The notes under the pieces: model-generated
Database searches by the model: none
Told to the model about the DNA's origin: nothing
Seen by the model: only the letters and a program-made list of their open reading frames with translations
Source of the DNA: Armatimonadota bacterium
GTDB taxonomy: Bacteria; Armatimonadota; Fimbriimonadia; Fimbriimonadales; Fimbriimonadaceae
Assembly (NCBI GenBank): GCA_031400935.1
Contig: JANNQV010000032.1
Coordinates: forward strand, 62,001 to 126,000
DNA: 64,000 nt
Direction: 5' to 3'
Program-made: the position numbers and the translations under genes
Shown: piece after piece, positions 36,121 to 46,967 of the stretch
Layout: the number at the start of each line of letters is the position of its first letter
Position numbering within the stretch: the stretch's first letter is position 1

Positions 36121-38025
36121 CTAACGTAGTTTTTGCACAGAGATCATTTCTTCAATAATCTTTGCAATTGAAGCAGCATCTAGTCCAACTTGCGCTCGAA
36201 GAATGGGCTGAGTTCCATGTTCGACAAATTCATCAGGCAAAGTGATCAACTTGATTTCAACATCGACTAGCCCCATTTCCGCCATCCTGTCTCTAACTTT
36301 TTGTCCAAATCCGCCAGAGCGAACATTTTCCTCGATCACAATCAGCCGTTTGGTCTGCCGAGCCGAATCAAAAATTCGTTGCTGGTCGAAAGGAGCAATC
36401 CATCTAGCGTTTATCAAAGTGCCATTGAATTCTTTCTCCTTAAGAATTTGAACAGATTCCCAGGCTGGAGAGACCATTGAGCCGACGGCTACTAATGTAA
36501 AGTCTTCACCCTCGCAAAGTGTTTCCGATTTTCCGAGTTGAATTGGGGTTCTTTGTTCTGGAAGCCTGTCATCGCTCGCGCCGCGAGGATAGCGAACGGC
36601 TAACGGGCCCTCATTGAATCCAGCAGCAAATCGAACCATTTCTCGCAATTCTGTAGTATCGCGAGGAGCCATTAGCCTCAGATTCGGAATCAAAGTCAAA
36701 TAGCTGATATCAAACGCTCCGTGGTGAGTGGGCCCGTCGTCGCCGACCAAGCCTGCCCGATCCATGAAGAAACGAACTGGTAGATTCTGAATGCATACAT
36801 CATGCAGAACTTGATCAAATGCTCTTTGCAAGAAAGTGGAGTAAATCGCGACAAAAGGCTTCATGCCGCCCGCCGCTAAGCCCGCTGCAAAAGTGACCGC
36901 ATGCTGTTCGGCAATTCCGACGTCAAAATACTGCTCTGGGAGCTCCTTAGAGTACTTTACTAGTCCTGTCCCATCCGGCATCGCGGCAGTGATCGTGCAA
37001 ATTGAAGGGTCTTCTTTGGCTGCCTCGAGAATGGCTTCTCCAAATGCATTTGTATAAGTTACTGGGCCTGCGGACTTAACCATTTCACATGCTTCTAGGT
37101 CGAAAGGAACCACTCCATGCCACTTTGTCGAGTCGCTTTCTGCAACGTCGTAGCCCTTGCCCTTAACAGTGATGGCGTGTACGAATACTGGACCTTTAAC
37201 CTCCCGAACATTTCGGAAGATTTCAAGCAAACTCAAAAGATCGTGCCCATCAACCGGGCCGATGTACTCAAATCCCATCTCTTCAAAGATCGTCCCCGTT
37301 TCTTCTGGGGCAAAATAGTGGGTGATACCATGCCGCAAACCTGCGGCAATTCGCGGAGCTGGTCCTGGGATTCGTTCGATGATTTGCTTAGCTCTTTGCG
37401 CTAAATCTTGCACATAAGGTCGAGATCGCAAACGTGTAAAGTAGTTCGTCAATGCTCCGACGTTTGGTGCGATTGACATACGGTTATCGTTCAAAATGAC
37501 TGCGAGATCTGTGCCCATTTCGCCAGCATGGTTTAAGGCTTCCCAGCTCATTCCGGCGCAAATGGCAGCATCGCCTGTAATCGCGACAACTCTCTCTTTT
37601 GAGTTTTTTCGGTCGCGCGCAGTGGCGAATCCTAGTGCTGCTGAAATGGCCGTGCCGGCATGTCCAGCACCAAACTCGTCTAATTCATGCTCCTTTCGGC
37701 TCAAGAATCCTGACAAGCCTTTGTGCTTTCTAAGGGTGTCAAAACGAGGCAACCTTCCGGTCAATAATTTGTGAGCGTATGCCTGGTGCCCAGTATCCCA
37801 AATGACTTTATCTGGCGGAATTGAGTATGCGGCGTAAAGTGCTACCGTTAACTCGACAGTCCCAAGATTTGAACTAAAATGGCCACCGGTTTCTGAAACC
37901 TTCTTCAAGATCGCATTTCTAACTTCAGCGGTAAGTTCTACAAGCTCTTTTTCATTGAGCCGATGCAAATCGGTGGGCTTAATAATTTTCGACAGCAAGG
38001 GGAAAAGTTCGTTTTGTTCGATCAT
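36121..38025 (-). CDS. dxs: 1-deoxy-D-xylulose-5-phosphate synthase
   Basis: GGHFSSNLG, WDTGHQAY, GIAEQH, YSTFLQR, DGPTHHG, VRYPRG. Confidence 0.97.
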   Translation of the reverse strand: MIEQNELFPLLSKIIKPTDLHRLNEKELVELTAEVRNAILKKVSETGGHFSSNLGTVELTVALYAAYSIPPDKVIWDTGHQAYAHKLLTGRLPRFDTLRKHKGLSGFLSRKEHELDEFGAGHAGTAISAALGFATARDRKNSKERVVAITGDAAICAGMSWEALNHAGEMGTDLAVILNDNRMSIAPNVGALTNYFTRLRSRPYVQDLAQRAKQIIERIPGPAPRIAAGLRHGITHYFAPEETGTIFEEMGFEYIGPVDGHDLLSLLEIFRNVREVKGPVFVHAITVKGKGYDVAESDSTKWHGVVPFDLEACEMVKSAGPVTYTNAFGEAILEAAKEDPSICTITAAMPDGTGLVKYSKELPEQYFDVGIAEQHAVTFAAGLAAGGMKPFVAIYSTFLQRAFDQVLHDVCIQNLPVRFFMDRAGLVGDDGPTHHGAFDISYLTLIPNLRLMAPRDTTELREMVRFAAGFNEGPLAVRYPRGASDDRLPEQRTPIQLGKSETLCEGEDFTLVAVGSMVSPAWESVQILKEKEFNGTLINARWIAPFDQQRIFDSARQTKRLIVIEENVRSGGFGQKVRDRMAEMGLVDVEIKLITLPDEFVEHGTQPILRAQVGLDAASIAKIIEEMISVQKLR

Positions 38026-38128
38026 TTGCGATTCCTGTTCCTATAGTTCTATACGCCATTTCACCACATCTGATTCAAATTGAACACGGAGTAAGATTTT
38101 GCACAGCGAAGCCGACTAAAATCAAGAT

Positions 38129-40084
38129 ATGCCTTCGCCACAAACTTATTCGTCCAACCTCCCAAGAGTCGGTATTCGTCCGACCATTGACGGTCGTTAC
38201 GGGGGCGTGCGAGAATCGCTCGAAGGGCCAACGATGGCGATGGCGCGAGCAGCGGCTGATTTGATTTCAAGCAACTTGCGCCACGCCTCCGGTCAACCCG
38301 TGGAATGCGTAATCGCTGAAACTTGCATTTCGGGAGCGACTGAGTCAGCGCAAGCGGATGCCCTTTTTCGAACTCAAAATGTGGGCTGCACTCTAACTGT
38401 CACGCCTTGTTGGTGCTATGGATCAGAAACGATTGATACCGACCCAATCCGACCGAAAGCCATTTGGGGCTTTAACGGCACCGAACGACCCGGTGCCGTT
38501 TACCTTGCCGCTGCATTAGCAGGACACGCTCAATCGGGCATCCCTTGCTTCGGAATATACGGCAAGGAAGTGCAAGATCAGGGAGATTCGAGCATCCCCG
38601 ACGACGTCCGCGAAAAAATTCTGCGATTTGCCCGCGCTGGAATCGCCGTGGCAACAATGCAAGGCAAGAGCTATCTAGCAATTGGAGGAACAAGCATGGG
38701 CATAGCTGGCTCCATTGTTGACCCATTGTTGTTCGCCAATTATCTGGGAATGAGAGTCATTGCAAGCGATATGAGCGAGGTCTTGGGTCGAATCGAAAAG
38801 GGAATTTTTGACCAAGAAGAGTTTACTATTGCATTAGCGTGGGTCAAAGTAAACTGCAAAAAAGGCGACGATCCGAACGAGCCCAGCAAGCAGCGATCTC
38901 GCCTACAAAAAGACGAAGATTGGGAAACCAGCATCAAAATGACGCTAATTGCTCGCGACATGATGATTGGGAATCCAAAACTCGAAGCGCTTGGCTACCC
39001 AGAGCAAGCGCGGGGCAACAACGCAATCGCCGGAGGCTTCCAAGGCCAGAGGCAGTGGACAGACCACTTTCCAAACGGCGATTTCATGGAGGCAGTGCTC
39101 TGTTCCAGCTTCGATTGGAATGGGATTCGCGAACCGTTCGCATTCGCTACCGAAAACGATTCGCTCAACGCCGTTTCGATGCTTTTCGGAAAATTGCTGA
39201 CCGGCACCGCTCAAATGTTCTCCGATGTTCGTACCTATTGGAGCCCGGAATCGGTCCACCGGGTAACTGGGCACAAACTCGATGGCAAAGCCGAAGCAGG
39301 CATTGTCCACCTCATCAATTCTGGGCCTACTGCGCTTGATTGGACGGGCGCAAGTTCCGCCTCGCCCTGGAACTTAGGAGAAGTGGAAACTCCGAATTCC
39401 CCCTCTCCCTGGAGTCCCCGAGAGGGTGAGGGGGCAGGGGGTGAGAGTCAAGAAAAGTTGGAAAACCCTCCGTCCCTCCCGATCTTCGATTACCCTTCGG
39501 CGGGATCTGCTTCTACCCCTTCCTCCCAAGGGCGGAAAGGGCTTTTGAAGCCCTGGTATGAAATGACTCCTGAAGACGCAACCGCTTGCCTCGAAGCCAC
39601 AAGATTCTGCCCTTCCATTCTCGAATACTTCCCTGGCGGTGGATGGTCAACCGACTTCACCACATTGGGAGAAATGCCCGTTACGATGTTCCGAATCAAC
39701 CTCGTTCAAGGACTGGGGCCTGTGCTTCAAATTGCGGAAGGTTGGACCGTTTCCCTGCCAGATGCGGTACACGACACGCTCGACCAAAGAACCAATCCAA
39801 CTTGGCCGACGACTTGGTTCGCTCCCCGCCTGTCTGGCTCGTTGCCATATGACTCTGTTTACAATGTCATGCTGCATTGGGGAGCGAATCATGGCGCGAT
39901 CAGTTATGGGCATATTGGAGCGGATTTGATAACACTTGCATCAATGCTTAGAATTCCAGTCTGTATGCACAATTTGGAGTCAGGCGAGTTGTTCCGGCCT
40001 AATAGTTGGTATCGGTTCGGTTCGCTGGATGAACAATCCGCGGATTATCGTGCGTGCGCGGCGTATGGGGCGGTTTATTCGTAG
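38129..40084 (+). CDS. fucI: L-fucose isomerase with an in-frame palindromic insertion
   Basis: [62 protein letters not shown]. Confidence 0.95.
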   Translation: MPSPQTYSSNLPRVGIRPTIDGRYGGVRESLEGPTMAMARAAADLISSNLRHASGQPVECVIAETCISGATESAQADALFRTQNVGCTLTVTPCWCYGSETIDTDPIRPKAIWGFNGTERPGAVYLAAALAGHAQSGIPCFGIYGKEVQDQGDSSIPDDVREKILRFARAGIAVATMQGKSYLAIGGTSMGIAGSIVDPLLFANYLGMRVIASDMSEVLGRIEKGIFDQEEFTIALAWVKVNCKKGDDPNEPSKQRSRLQKDEDWETSIKMTLIARDMMIGNPKLEALGYPEQARGNNAIAGGFQGQRQWTDHFPNGDFMEAVLCSSFDWNGIREPFAFATENDSLNAVSMLFGKLLTGTAQMFSDVRTYWSPESVHRVTGHKLDGKAEAGIVHLINSGPTALDWTGASSASPWNLGEVETPNSPSPWSPREGEGAGGESQEKLENPPSLPIFDYPSAGSASTPSSQGRKGLLKPWYEMTPEDATACLEATRFCPSILEYFPGGGWSTDFTTLGEMPVTMFRINLVQGLGPVLQIAEGWTVSLPDAVHDTLDQRTNPTWPTTWFAPRLSGSLPYDSVYNVMLHWGANHGAISYGHIGADLITLASMLRIPVCMHNLESGELFRPNSWYRFGSLDEQSADYRACAAYGAVYS

Positions 40085-40104
40085 GACAGGATTCATCCTG
40101 TCTT

Positions 40105-40345
40105 GGCGGAGTGCGGACCATGGAGCGCGGAGCAACTCTTGGATAAGTCCTTGGAATTCACTAGTCGCTAAGCTCCGCATCCCGCCTGTCCCGTCACCCC
40201 TGGTTGGGAGTCCACGGTGCACAAGTGTTTCACACTGACGTGTCCCACAGCTTCAGCTCGGTGTCGCATTTCGACCAAAATTCTCAAGAATCCCTCACCC
40301 CCTTCCGCCTCTCCCTCTCACTACGTTCCTGGGAGAGGGGGATTC
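40105..40345. repeat. Intergenic REP-like palindrome cluster
   Basis: GGAGCGCGG motif; CCCTCACCCCCTTCCGCCTCTCCC...GGGAGAGGGG resembles the reverse of the fucI insert. Confidence 0.55.
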
Positions 40346-40386
40346 CGCACTCAACACTCACCACTCGAAGGTATCCTTCACCATCC

Positions 40387-42435
40387 ATGAAATTCCCAAT
40401 TTCGATGCTTCGCGACTTCGTCGAAACTCGCCTTGACGCAAATCAAATCGGCGATCTGCTTACTATGGCAGGCTTCGAACTTGAGGGCATTGAAGAAGTC
40501 GAGGGTGAATCCGTTCTTGACATCAAAGTCGTTTCGAACCGAGGCGATGGGCTGTCGGTTTTCGGGCTTTCGCGGGAGATCTTGGCCAAAGATCAAGAGG
40601 CAAAGCCGACGAAACTATATGACCAAGCAGTTGCAGGATTTTCGATTGGAGACGAAGCCAATACAGAAATCTCAAAGAAAACAAGCGCGATAATTGAATC
40701 TGAAGCTTGCACCCGATACGCCTGCCGACTGTTTGAAAATGTCAAGAACGAATCGTCTCCGGATTGGCTCCAAAAGCGGTTACGGCAAGCTGGTCTGCGG
40801 CCTCTTGGAATTTTGGTTGACCTTTCAAATTACGTCATGCTCGAACTTGGTCAGCCGCTTCACGCATTTGATCAAGACACCCTTACAGAAGGTCGAATTG
40901 TCGTTAGGGGCGCAAAGTCAGGCGAAAAACTCACGACACTCAACGGAATCGAGCACGAACTTCAGCCGCACCATTTGATGATCTGCGACGCCGAACGCGC
41001 CGTGGCGGTGGCAGGTGTCATGGGCGGTGCAGAAACCGAAGTCAGCGATTCAACAAAAAACGTATTGCTCGAATCAGCTCATTTTGTCAACAATTCGATT
41101 CGAAAAACCAGAAAGGAGCTTGGACTTTCAACCGATGCCAGCTACAGATTTGAAAGAAGCGTAGACCCTAACGGCGTCGTGCGCGGCCTAAATCGCTTTG
41201 CGAGTTTGCTCCAGGAAGCCACAGGCAAGAGCGGATTGGTGCCAGGGGTTCACGATGTTTTCCCAACTCGCCCAGCAACTGGAATCGTAAATGTTCGCGT
41301 TTCAAGAGCTTGCCATTTGCTAGGAATGAATGTGACTTCGATCGAAGTTAAAAGCTATCTGGAAAGGCTTGGTTTTAGCGTTTCTGGAAATGGCGAACCG
41401 TTTCAAGTTGAGCTTCCCAGTTGGAGGCCCGACATTGTTCGCGAAGAAGATTTGATTGAAGAAATCGGAAGAGTTCATGGGTACGAGAAAATCCCGATCC
41501 TTCCTCCGGCGGGAAGTACACCGATAGGCGGATTACAGGGACTCGAAAAACTTCGCGAAGATATCAAAGATTGCCTTTTGCGGCATGGACTTGTACAAAC
41601 CATTAGCCATTCCCTTCGAGATGTTCATCCGCTCGATTCGCCAAATTGGGAAGCTATTGGGCCGAACAATCCTGGCTCGCCGGAAATGGCTTTTCTGAGA
41701 ACGTCCCTTTGGCCGTCTCTTGCTGAAGCTGCGCTTCGAAACGGCGCGAAAGACGTTCACCTGTTTGAAATTGGAAGGGTGCACGGTTCAATTGATGGCA
41801 AAACTGTCGAGGGACAACGAGTCGCAGTGCTTTCAACTGGCAAACTCGGTTCTCCCCATTGGACATACGACGATCAATCAGAAGGTGATTTCTATTCAAT
41901 CAAAGGCATTGTTGAGTCTATTTGCAACTTACTATTCGGCGAATGCGAATTTGAAAACTCAAATCAAGATTCGAGGCTCCACCCTACAAGGCAAGCCTCG
42001 ATATACATTACTGGCAAATCCGTTGGCGTATTCGGACAAATTCACCCAACTTTGGCTGAAGAAGCCGGGCTTCCAAACAAAACATTTCTAGCAACCATCG
42101 ACCTGGAAGCTGGCTATTCTGAAGGCCATCGTAATATTAAACTTCGCCCAATTAGCAGAAACCCGGCGGTTCGACGAGATGTTTCCTTGTTAATTGAAAC
42201 AAAAGTCCCGTTTACGACAATCGAGGAATCGGTTCAAAAAGCGGGAGGTGCAGTTCTTGAAAAATTCTGGCTGGCCGATGTCTACACAGGAAAGGGAATT
42301 GAACCTGGTTTTCACAGTTTAACCATTGCCTTGCAGCTTCGAAAATTGGGTGAGAACTTCACGGACGAGGAAGCGAATGCGATTAGGGATTCGGTTGTGG
42401 CGGCACTTGAATCGCTGGGTGGGAAGCAGCGATAA
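40387..42435 (+). CDS. pheT: Phenylalanine--tRNA ligase beta subunit (short form, no B2 domain)
   Basis: MKFPISML, SNRGD, ELGQPLHAFD, AGVMGG, DLIEEIGRVHGY, RRDVS; start refined to 40387. Confidence 0.95.
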   Translation: MKFPISMLRDFVETRLDANQIGDLLTMAGFELEGIEEVEGESVLDIKVVSNRGDGLSVFGLSREILAKDQEAKPTKLYDQAVAGFSIGDEANTEISKKTSAIIESEACTRYACRLFENVKNESSPDWLQKRLRQAGLRPLGILVDLSNYVMLELGQPLHAFDQDTLTEGRIVVRGAKSGEKLTTLNGIEHELQPHHLMICDAERAVAVAGVMGGAETEVSDSTKNVLLESAHFVNNSIRKTRKELGLSTDASYRFERSVDPNGVVRGLNRFASLLQEATGKSGLVPGVHDVFPTRPATGIVNVRVSRACHLLGMNVTSIEVKSYLERLGFSVSGNGEPFQVELPSWRPDIVREEDLIEEIGRVHGYEKIPILPPAGSTPIGGLQGLEKLREDIKDCLLRHGLVQTISHSLRDVHPLDSPNWEAIGPNNPGSPEMAFLRTSLWPSLAEAALRNGAKDVHLFEIGRVHGSIDGKTVEGQRVAVLSTGKLGSPHWTYDDQSEGDFYSIKGIVESICNLLFGECEFENSNQDSRLHPTRQASIYITGKSVGVFGQIHPTLAEEAGLPNKTFLATIDLEAGYSEGHRNIKLRPISRNPAVRRDVSLLIETKVPFTTIEESVQKAGGAVLEKFWLADVYTGKGIEPGFHSLTIALQLRKLGENFTDEEANAIRDSVVAALESLGGKQR

Positions 42436-43729
42436 GCGTTGCCTGGCCCGCAAGACCGAGCAAGGCCACAAAAAACGCAGCCCGAAGTGCCATCGGCAGA
42501 TAGTGGTAGTGGTCAAACTGTTTAAACCACGCCATCGGCAAGTAGGCAGCGACTGATGCTCCAAAATAAAAGACCGCTTCGTTTGACTTGCGGATCATCT
42601 GCCAAACGGCCACGACGTTTGAACTGAATTCGGCTATTGCAATCCACGGAGCCGCAAACAAGAACGCTGTCCAGCTTGTCGAAACCGCTATATATTGCCA
42701 TCTAAGCGCATGAATCCCCGGTATCAAATAATCAAGAATCGCATTTATGACGCTTATTGAAAATCGAAATTGCTGCTCTTGATAGGCAGACGAAGTTGAA
42801 GGAATCACCTGATGCCGAATCAGCAGATAGATGATAAGCAAAACGAAAGATGAACTCGCCCAATGCCATCTGACCATGTGCCCCTTTTTCCGCATCAGCC
42901 AAGCGAGGCCGAGATAGATCGGCGGCAGCATGATGGCTTGTTCGTAACTTCCAAGCGCGCAGGTTAAACAGATCAGGCTCAATCCTAGCCACAAATAGGG
43001 CTTCCAACCCGAAATTTTCGGCGAAACAAAAGACTTGGATGGAGGTAATTCGTATGGCGATGGCGGAGGGTCTGGGGCGGAAGGAGCTCCGATTCTTTCA
43101 AAGCGAACATAAGCTGCTAGAGCTAGCAAGGCAAAAAGCGTCATTGTGGAAGCCGTTCGGCCCGGCAACCAATCAATCATTCGAAACTGAAGTTCGGAAA
43201 CGCCGCTGACTTCAAATCCGACAAACACCCATAAGAGCGAAGCAACCAATGCGTTTTGCCACTTTCTGCCTTTCAACAACAATGTGCCCAGTGTAAGAAA
43301 CGCGATTGTATAAGCTGCGTTGCCCAGCAAATCGCCCCGATCCAAATTCCAAAGAACGAATATTCCGGCTGAGCCTAATGAAAGGGTTCGGGAACCTGAA
43401 ATTTCACGGACTAGCCAAAACAGCGCCCAAACGCATGCAATTGCGAGCAATGCGTTTGTGAGCCCGAATCCAGCCGCATCTGACCCCCATTTCCAATGAT
43501 CGAATTCAAAAGTTAGTGTTGATATTGGGCGGTAAAAGTGGTTTCCAAGCGGCCAATCGCCCCAAAACCATTTGAATATGGATTCGCCATTTTCAATTCG
43601 TTCACTAAGTTTTCCTAAGAGGACATCTGTGTCAGTGTCTTTGAGCAAAAAAGATGTCGTTGCCCTGGCGAGAAAAAGTGGAACGCAAACCAAGACAACC
43701 AATAGATATGTCGGCCCCCATCGTTTCAC
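42383..43729 (-). CDS. Polytopic membrane protein, possible GT-C glycosyltransferase
   Basis: Multiple TMs; DTD after TM1, FYRPI..F.FD..WG motif; SYEQAI. Confidence 0.65.
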   Translation of the reverse strand: MKRWGPTYLLVVLVCVPLFLARATTSFLLKDTDTDVLLGKLSERIENGESIFKWFWGDWPLGNHFYRPISTLTFEFDHWKWGSDAAGFGLTNALLAIACVWALFWLVREISGSRTLSLGSAGIFVLWNLDRGDLLGNAAYTIAFLTLGTLLLKGRKWQNALVASLLWVFVGFEVSGVSELQFRMIDWLPGRTASTMTLFALLALAAYVRFERIGAPSAPDPPPSPYELPPSKSFVSPKISGWKPYLWLGLSLICLTCALGSYEQAIMLPPIYLGLAWLMRKKGHMVRWHWASSSFVLLIIYLLIRHQVIPSTSSAYQEQQFRFSISVINAILDYLIPGIHALRWQYIAVSTSWTAFLFAAPWIAIAEFSSNVVAVWQMIRKSNEAVFYFGASVAAYLPMAWFKQFDHYHYLPMALRAAFFVALLGLAGQATLIAASHPAIQVPPQPNP

Positions 43730-43872
43730 AATCGAAAAGGATACCGACTTACGTGACTTTGGCGTCTCGAGTAGGAAGTTGGCGGTTAGCGGATTGCAGT
43801 TAGCGGTTGACAGCTCTCCCTTGTATGAAACAAAGACAAAGCGGCATTAGTCAAATGCCTTACGAGTGAAAT

Positions 43873-44961
43873 CTACTGCGAAATTGGCGAAAAAATTCGC
43901 AAGCTTTTTGCTTTTGGAACAACGATCGCCCAATGCCCAACCCTCGACTTCACCGCCGCACCCGAGATTTTTGCTCCTTTCGGATAGGGAACCCACATCG
44001 GCTTTCCTACAAAGTTCACGGGTACTCGAACTGAAACCTCGGGCAATTCTGCCACTGCATTTACGATAGATTCAGGATAATCAACCGCTTTAACCGATCC
44101 AATGATTTTCAATGACCTGGAAAAAACGGATGGCGGAAGCAACAAGTCAGCATAAAGAGCCAAACCCAGATAGGCATCCATCGCCTTCTGGCCTTTGCTC
44201 CCAATCATCTTGAGATTGGGACCAGAACGGCAAATCGGCACCCATAGCGGATCTATCTCCTTTGCGGCGAACTGTTTTAACTCGGAAGCGGTTGCCCCCA
44301 AAGCGTCTTCTGGGCCCAGGCGTTTTGCCACAACTTGATTCATCAGGTATCGCATATACAGCTTTTCGCCTAGATAGCCATTTCCCCAATCTTCTGGAGT
44401 TTGAAATCCGCCTACAGGCGGCAAGACCGCATGGCCATATTCGTGTGCAAGCTCGCGTACCATTTCTATCGGATTTGTAAAGGTACCTATCTGATAGATG
44501 TAAATCGTGTTCACTCGTCGTGAAATCCGGTTCTCGTATTCCTCATCAAAGAGCTGCTCTCCGCCTGCTTCGCCGCCAAAGCAAAGGTAAATGTCTACGA
44601 TCCCATTGTTGTAGCCGATGTTATGTTCAAAGCGTAACCTCCGAAACGTGTAGTCCCAAAGCCGAATGAGCGTTCTGCCAACGAGCGGTGCCGGATCGTT
44701 TTCGTCCTTCATGCTCTGTGAAAAGACACGAAACTTAAGGTCTAGGTTTACATCTTCTGCGACCTGTTGACGTCCAAAAGAGTTGGACACGTATTCAAAA
44801 AGCCATTTTTGTTTAGGCGATATTTTTGGAGGATCAAGTTTGTTCAGGTCGGTACGGACTTGGAATCGTACGGCGGTTTCTCCAGGGCCGGCAAATTCCT
44901 GAACCTTTACCTGTCCTTGCCCGGATGCAAGCAATATTCCCAAAGTCAGAATTGTGTTCAT
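43873..44961 (-). CDS. Secreted protein with HExxH zinc-metallopeptidase motif
   Basis: Signal-like MNTILTLGILL; ELAHEYGHAVL..EDW. Confidence 0.65.
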   Translation of the reverse strand: MNTILTLGILLASGQGQVKVQEFAGPGETAVRFQVRTDLNKLDPPKISPKQKWLFEYVSNSFGRQQVAEDVNLDLKFRVFSQSMKDENDPAPLVGRTLIRLWDYTFRRLRFEHNIGYNNGIVDIYLCFGGEAGGEQLFDEEYENRISRRVNTIYIYQIGTFTNPIEMVRELAHEYGHAVLPPVGGFQTPEDWGNGYLGEKLYMRYLMNQVVAKRLGPEDALGATASELKQFAAKEIDPLWVPICRSGPNLKMIGSKGQKAMDAYLGLALYADLLLPPSVFSRSLKIIGSVKAVDYPESIVNAVAELPEVSVRVPVNFVGKPMWVPYPKGAKISGAAVKSRVGHWAIVVPKAKSLRIFSPISQ

Positions 44962-45046
44962 TGCGTTGTTAACATTTTGAACGATTGGAGGAGCAAGGTG
45001 GTTCAGAGAATGTCTTACCAAGTAACCACAATGCTAGAATCTTCAC

Positions 45047-45856
45047 ATGTTCAGTATTGGTATTGCCGCTGGCTTCTTGCTTTCTAGTCACCAGGCGTTA
45101 CGAAAATCTTCCGATTTTCGCCCCATCAATATTGGAAGTGGGATCATTATCGAGCAGATCTACGTTAATGATGACCATGCCAGAAAGAGTTGGAGAATAG
45201 ACGGAACACCAATAAAGAACTGGATTGCGACCGCTGAAATGCGATCCGGAAGCTCGCACTATATGTCCCACCGATGGAACTTGTATGTCAAGTATCGCCA
45301 CGCCGAGTTCATTCACTCTCCATCAATAATCTTGCAGCCAATTCGAGGTGCCTTGATTGCCGTTCAAGGTCAAATAGAAGTCTTTGACCTAAATCAGGAA
45401 GGCGAGGAATTCGCGAGTTTTCCAATTCAAAGTATTGCGGAAGGAACAACCGAATTCAAAATTGGAATCGAAGGTGGAAAGTGGAACGACGTCACCGTAT
45501 ACGAAAAGAGAAACAAGATATTTGAATTGGTCAAGGGCTCGCCATTTGATTTCGTAGTAAATGACCCAGCTGGATTGTCTTGGGGTTCAAATCCGGGAGA
45601 CATTGGAGTGACAATTCCACAACCATTCGATGGTGAACTGCGAAATTACCGAGTTGCGTTCATAAATGGAAAACATACATCGTCGCCGTATGGTGGGTTT
45701 TATGGAGCCAGTTCACAAAGTAGTTATTTCAATTATTCAAATTGGTATCGCGGGCCATTTTTAAAAGGGGACAAAATTGCATTGCAAACCCGTGGGTACA
45801 AGTGGACGACGATCAAAGGTGCTGTCTTGAGACCCGATAACCGTAAATCACTTTGA
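45047..45856 (+). CDS. Hypothetical secreted protein
   Basis: 269-aa ORF with N-terminal hydrophobic stretch; TGcTAGAAT 6 nt upstream of ATG. Confidence 0.7.
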   Translation: MFSIGIAAGFLLSSHQALRKSSDFRPINIGSGIIIEQIYVNDDHARKSWRIDGTPIKNWIATAEMRSGSSHYMSHRWNLYVKYRHAEFIHSPSIILQPIRGALIAVQGQIEVFDLNQEGEEFASFPIQSIAEGTTEFKIGIEGGKWNDVTVYEKRNKIFELVKGSPFDFVVNDPAGLSWGSNPGDIGVTIPQPFDGELRNYRVAFINGKHTSSPYGGFYGASSQSSYFNYSNWYRGPFLKGDKIALQTRGYKWTTIKGAVLRPDNRKSL

Positions 45857-45890
45857 AACCTAAACTGCGCTGTCGCAATCGCCCCAAAAC

Positions 45891-46835
45891 CTAATGCCCT
45901 TGCGATTCTAAATACTTCTCAGCATCTATCGCAGCCATGCAACCCGTTCCTGCTGCGGTCACGGCCTGGCGATAGTAGCTATCCGCCACATCTCCGCACA
46001 CGAACACGCCAGGAATCTTAGTTTTCGTGCCTTTTCCGGGGAGAGAAATGTAGCCATTCTCATCCAAATCCAAAATGCCTTTGAACATTTCAGAATTCGG
46101 TTTATGTCCAATGGCGATGAAGACGCCATCCATATCCATTTCACTTGTGTTGCCAGTAACGGTGTCCTTCAATCGAACTCCGGTCACCTTTTTGAAAGGC
46201 TCGGTTTGGCCAGTAATCTCATCCAATGCCGAGTTCCAGATCACTTCCACCTTTGGGTTTGTAAGAACACGATCCTGCATCACTTTTGAAGCTCGAAATT
46301 GGTCGCGCCTATGAACCAAATACACCTTAGAGGCATGGCGGGTGAGGTAGTTGGCTTCCTCCATTGCGGTATCTCCGCCGCCAACTACGGCAACTGCCTT
46401 CTCCTTGAAAAATGCTCCGTCGCAAGTCGCGCATGCCGAAACGCCGTAGCCTCCAAACGTGACTTCAGATTCCAGCCCGAGCCATTTTGCCTCGGCACCA
46501 GTGGCAATGATTACTGAGTTTGCAAGGATCAGTTCATCATCGCACCAAATCTTGTGTGGGCTAGAAGAGAAATCAACTTTGGAAGCAATTTTGTATTCAA
46601 CAGTGGCACCAAATCTTTCGGCTTGCTCTCTGAACAGTTCCATCATCTCCGGACCCATAATGCCTTTTGGAAAGCCTGGATAGTTTTCCACGTCAGTTGT
46701 AATCGTCAATTGTCCGCCCGGTTGCAAGCCAGCTATGACGAGCGGGGCAAGGTTTGCCCGCGCGGCATATAAGGCTGCGGTGTATCCGGCAGGGCCGGAA
46801 CCGATGATGACAACGTCGTGAATTGTGGATGACAT
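45891..46835 (-). CDS. trxB: Thioredoxin reductase
   Basis: GSGPAG, CATCDG, GGGDTA, YRQAVTAAG. Confidence 0.97.
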   Translation of the reverse strand: MSSTIHDVVIIGSGPAGYTAALYAARANLAPLVIAGLQPGGQLTITTDVENYPGFPKGIMGPEMMELFREQAERFGATVEYKIASKVDFSSSPHKIWCDDELILANSVIIATGAEAKWLGLESEVTFGGYGVSACATCDGAFFKEKAVAVVGGGDTAMEEANYLTRHASKVYLVHRRDQFRASKVMQDRVLTNPKVEVIWNSALDEITGQTEPFKKVTGVRLKDTVTGNTSEMDMDGVFIAIGHKPNSEMFKGILDLDENGYISLPGKGTKTKIPGVFVCGDVADSYYRQAVTAAGTGCMAAIDAEKYLESQGH

Positions 46836-46967
46836 AGGGAACCTAATTCATTCAGGGTACCTTTGGTTCCCATTTGAATTGTAGGGACCATACGATTCAA
46901 ATTTCGTCGGAAAATGGCCAATTGGGTCGCATCCAAATATGTGCCTTTATCGTCTGGAACGGTACCG

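Noticed and set aside
39350..39545. Intein or self-splicing intron in fucI
   Set aside because: Too short, no intein terminal motifs or intron core; explained by REP-like repeats
42383..42435. 53-bp convergent overlap of pheT and the membrane-protein gene as a special system
   Set aside because: Short tail-to-tail overlaps are common; probably stop-codon drift
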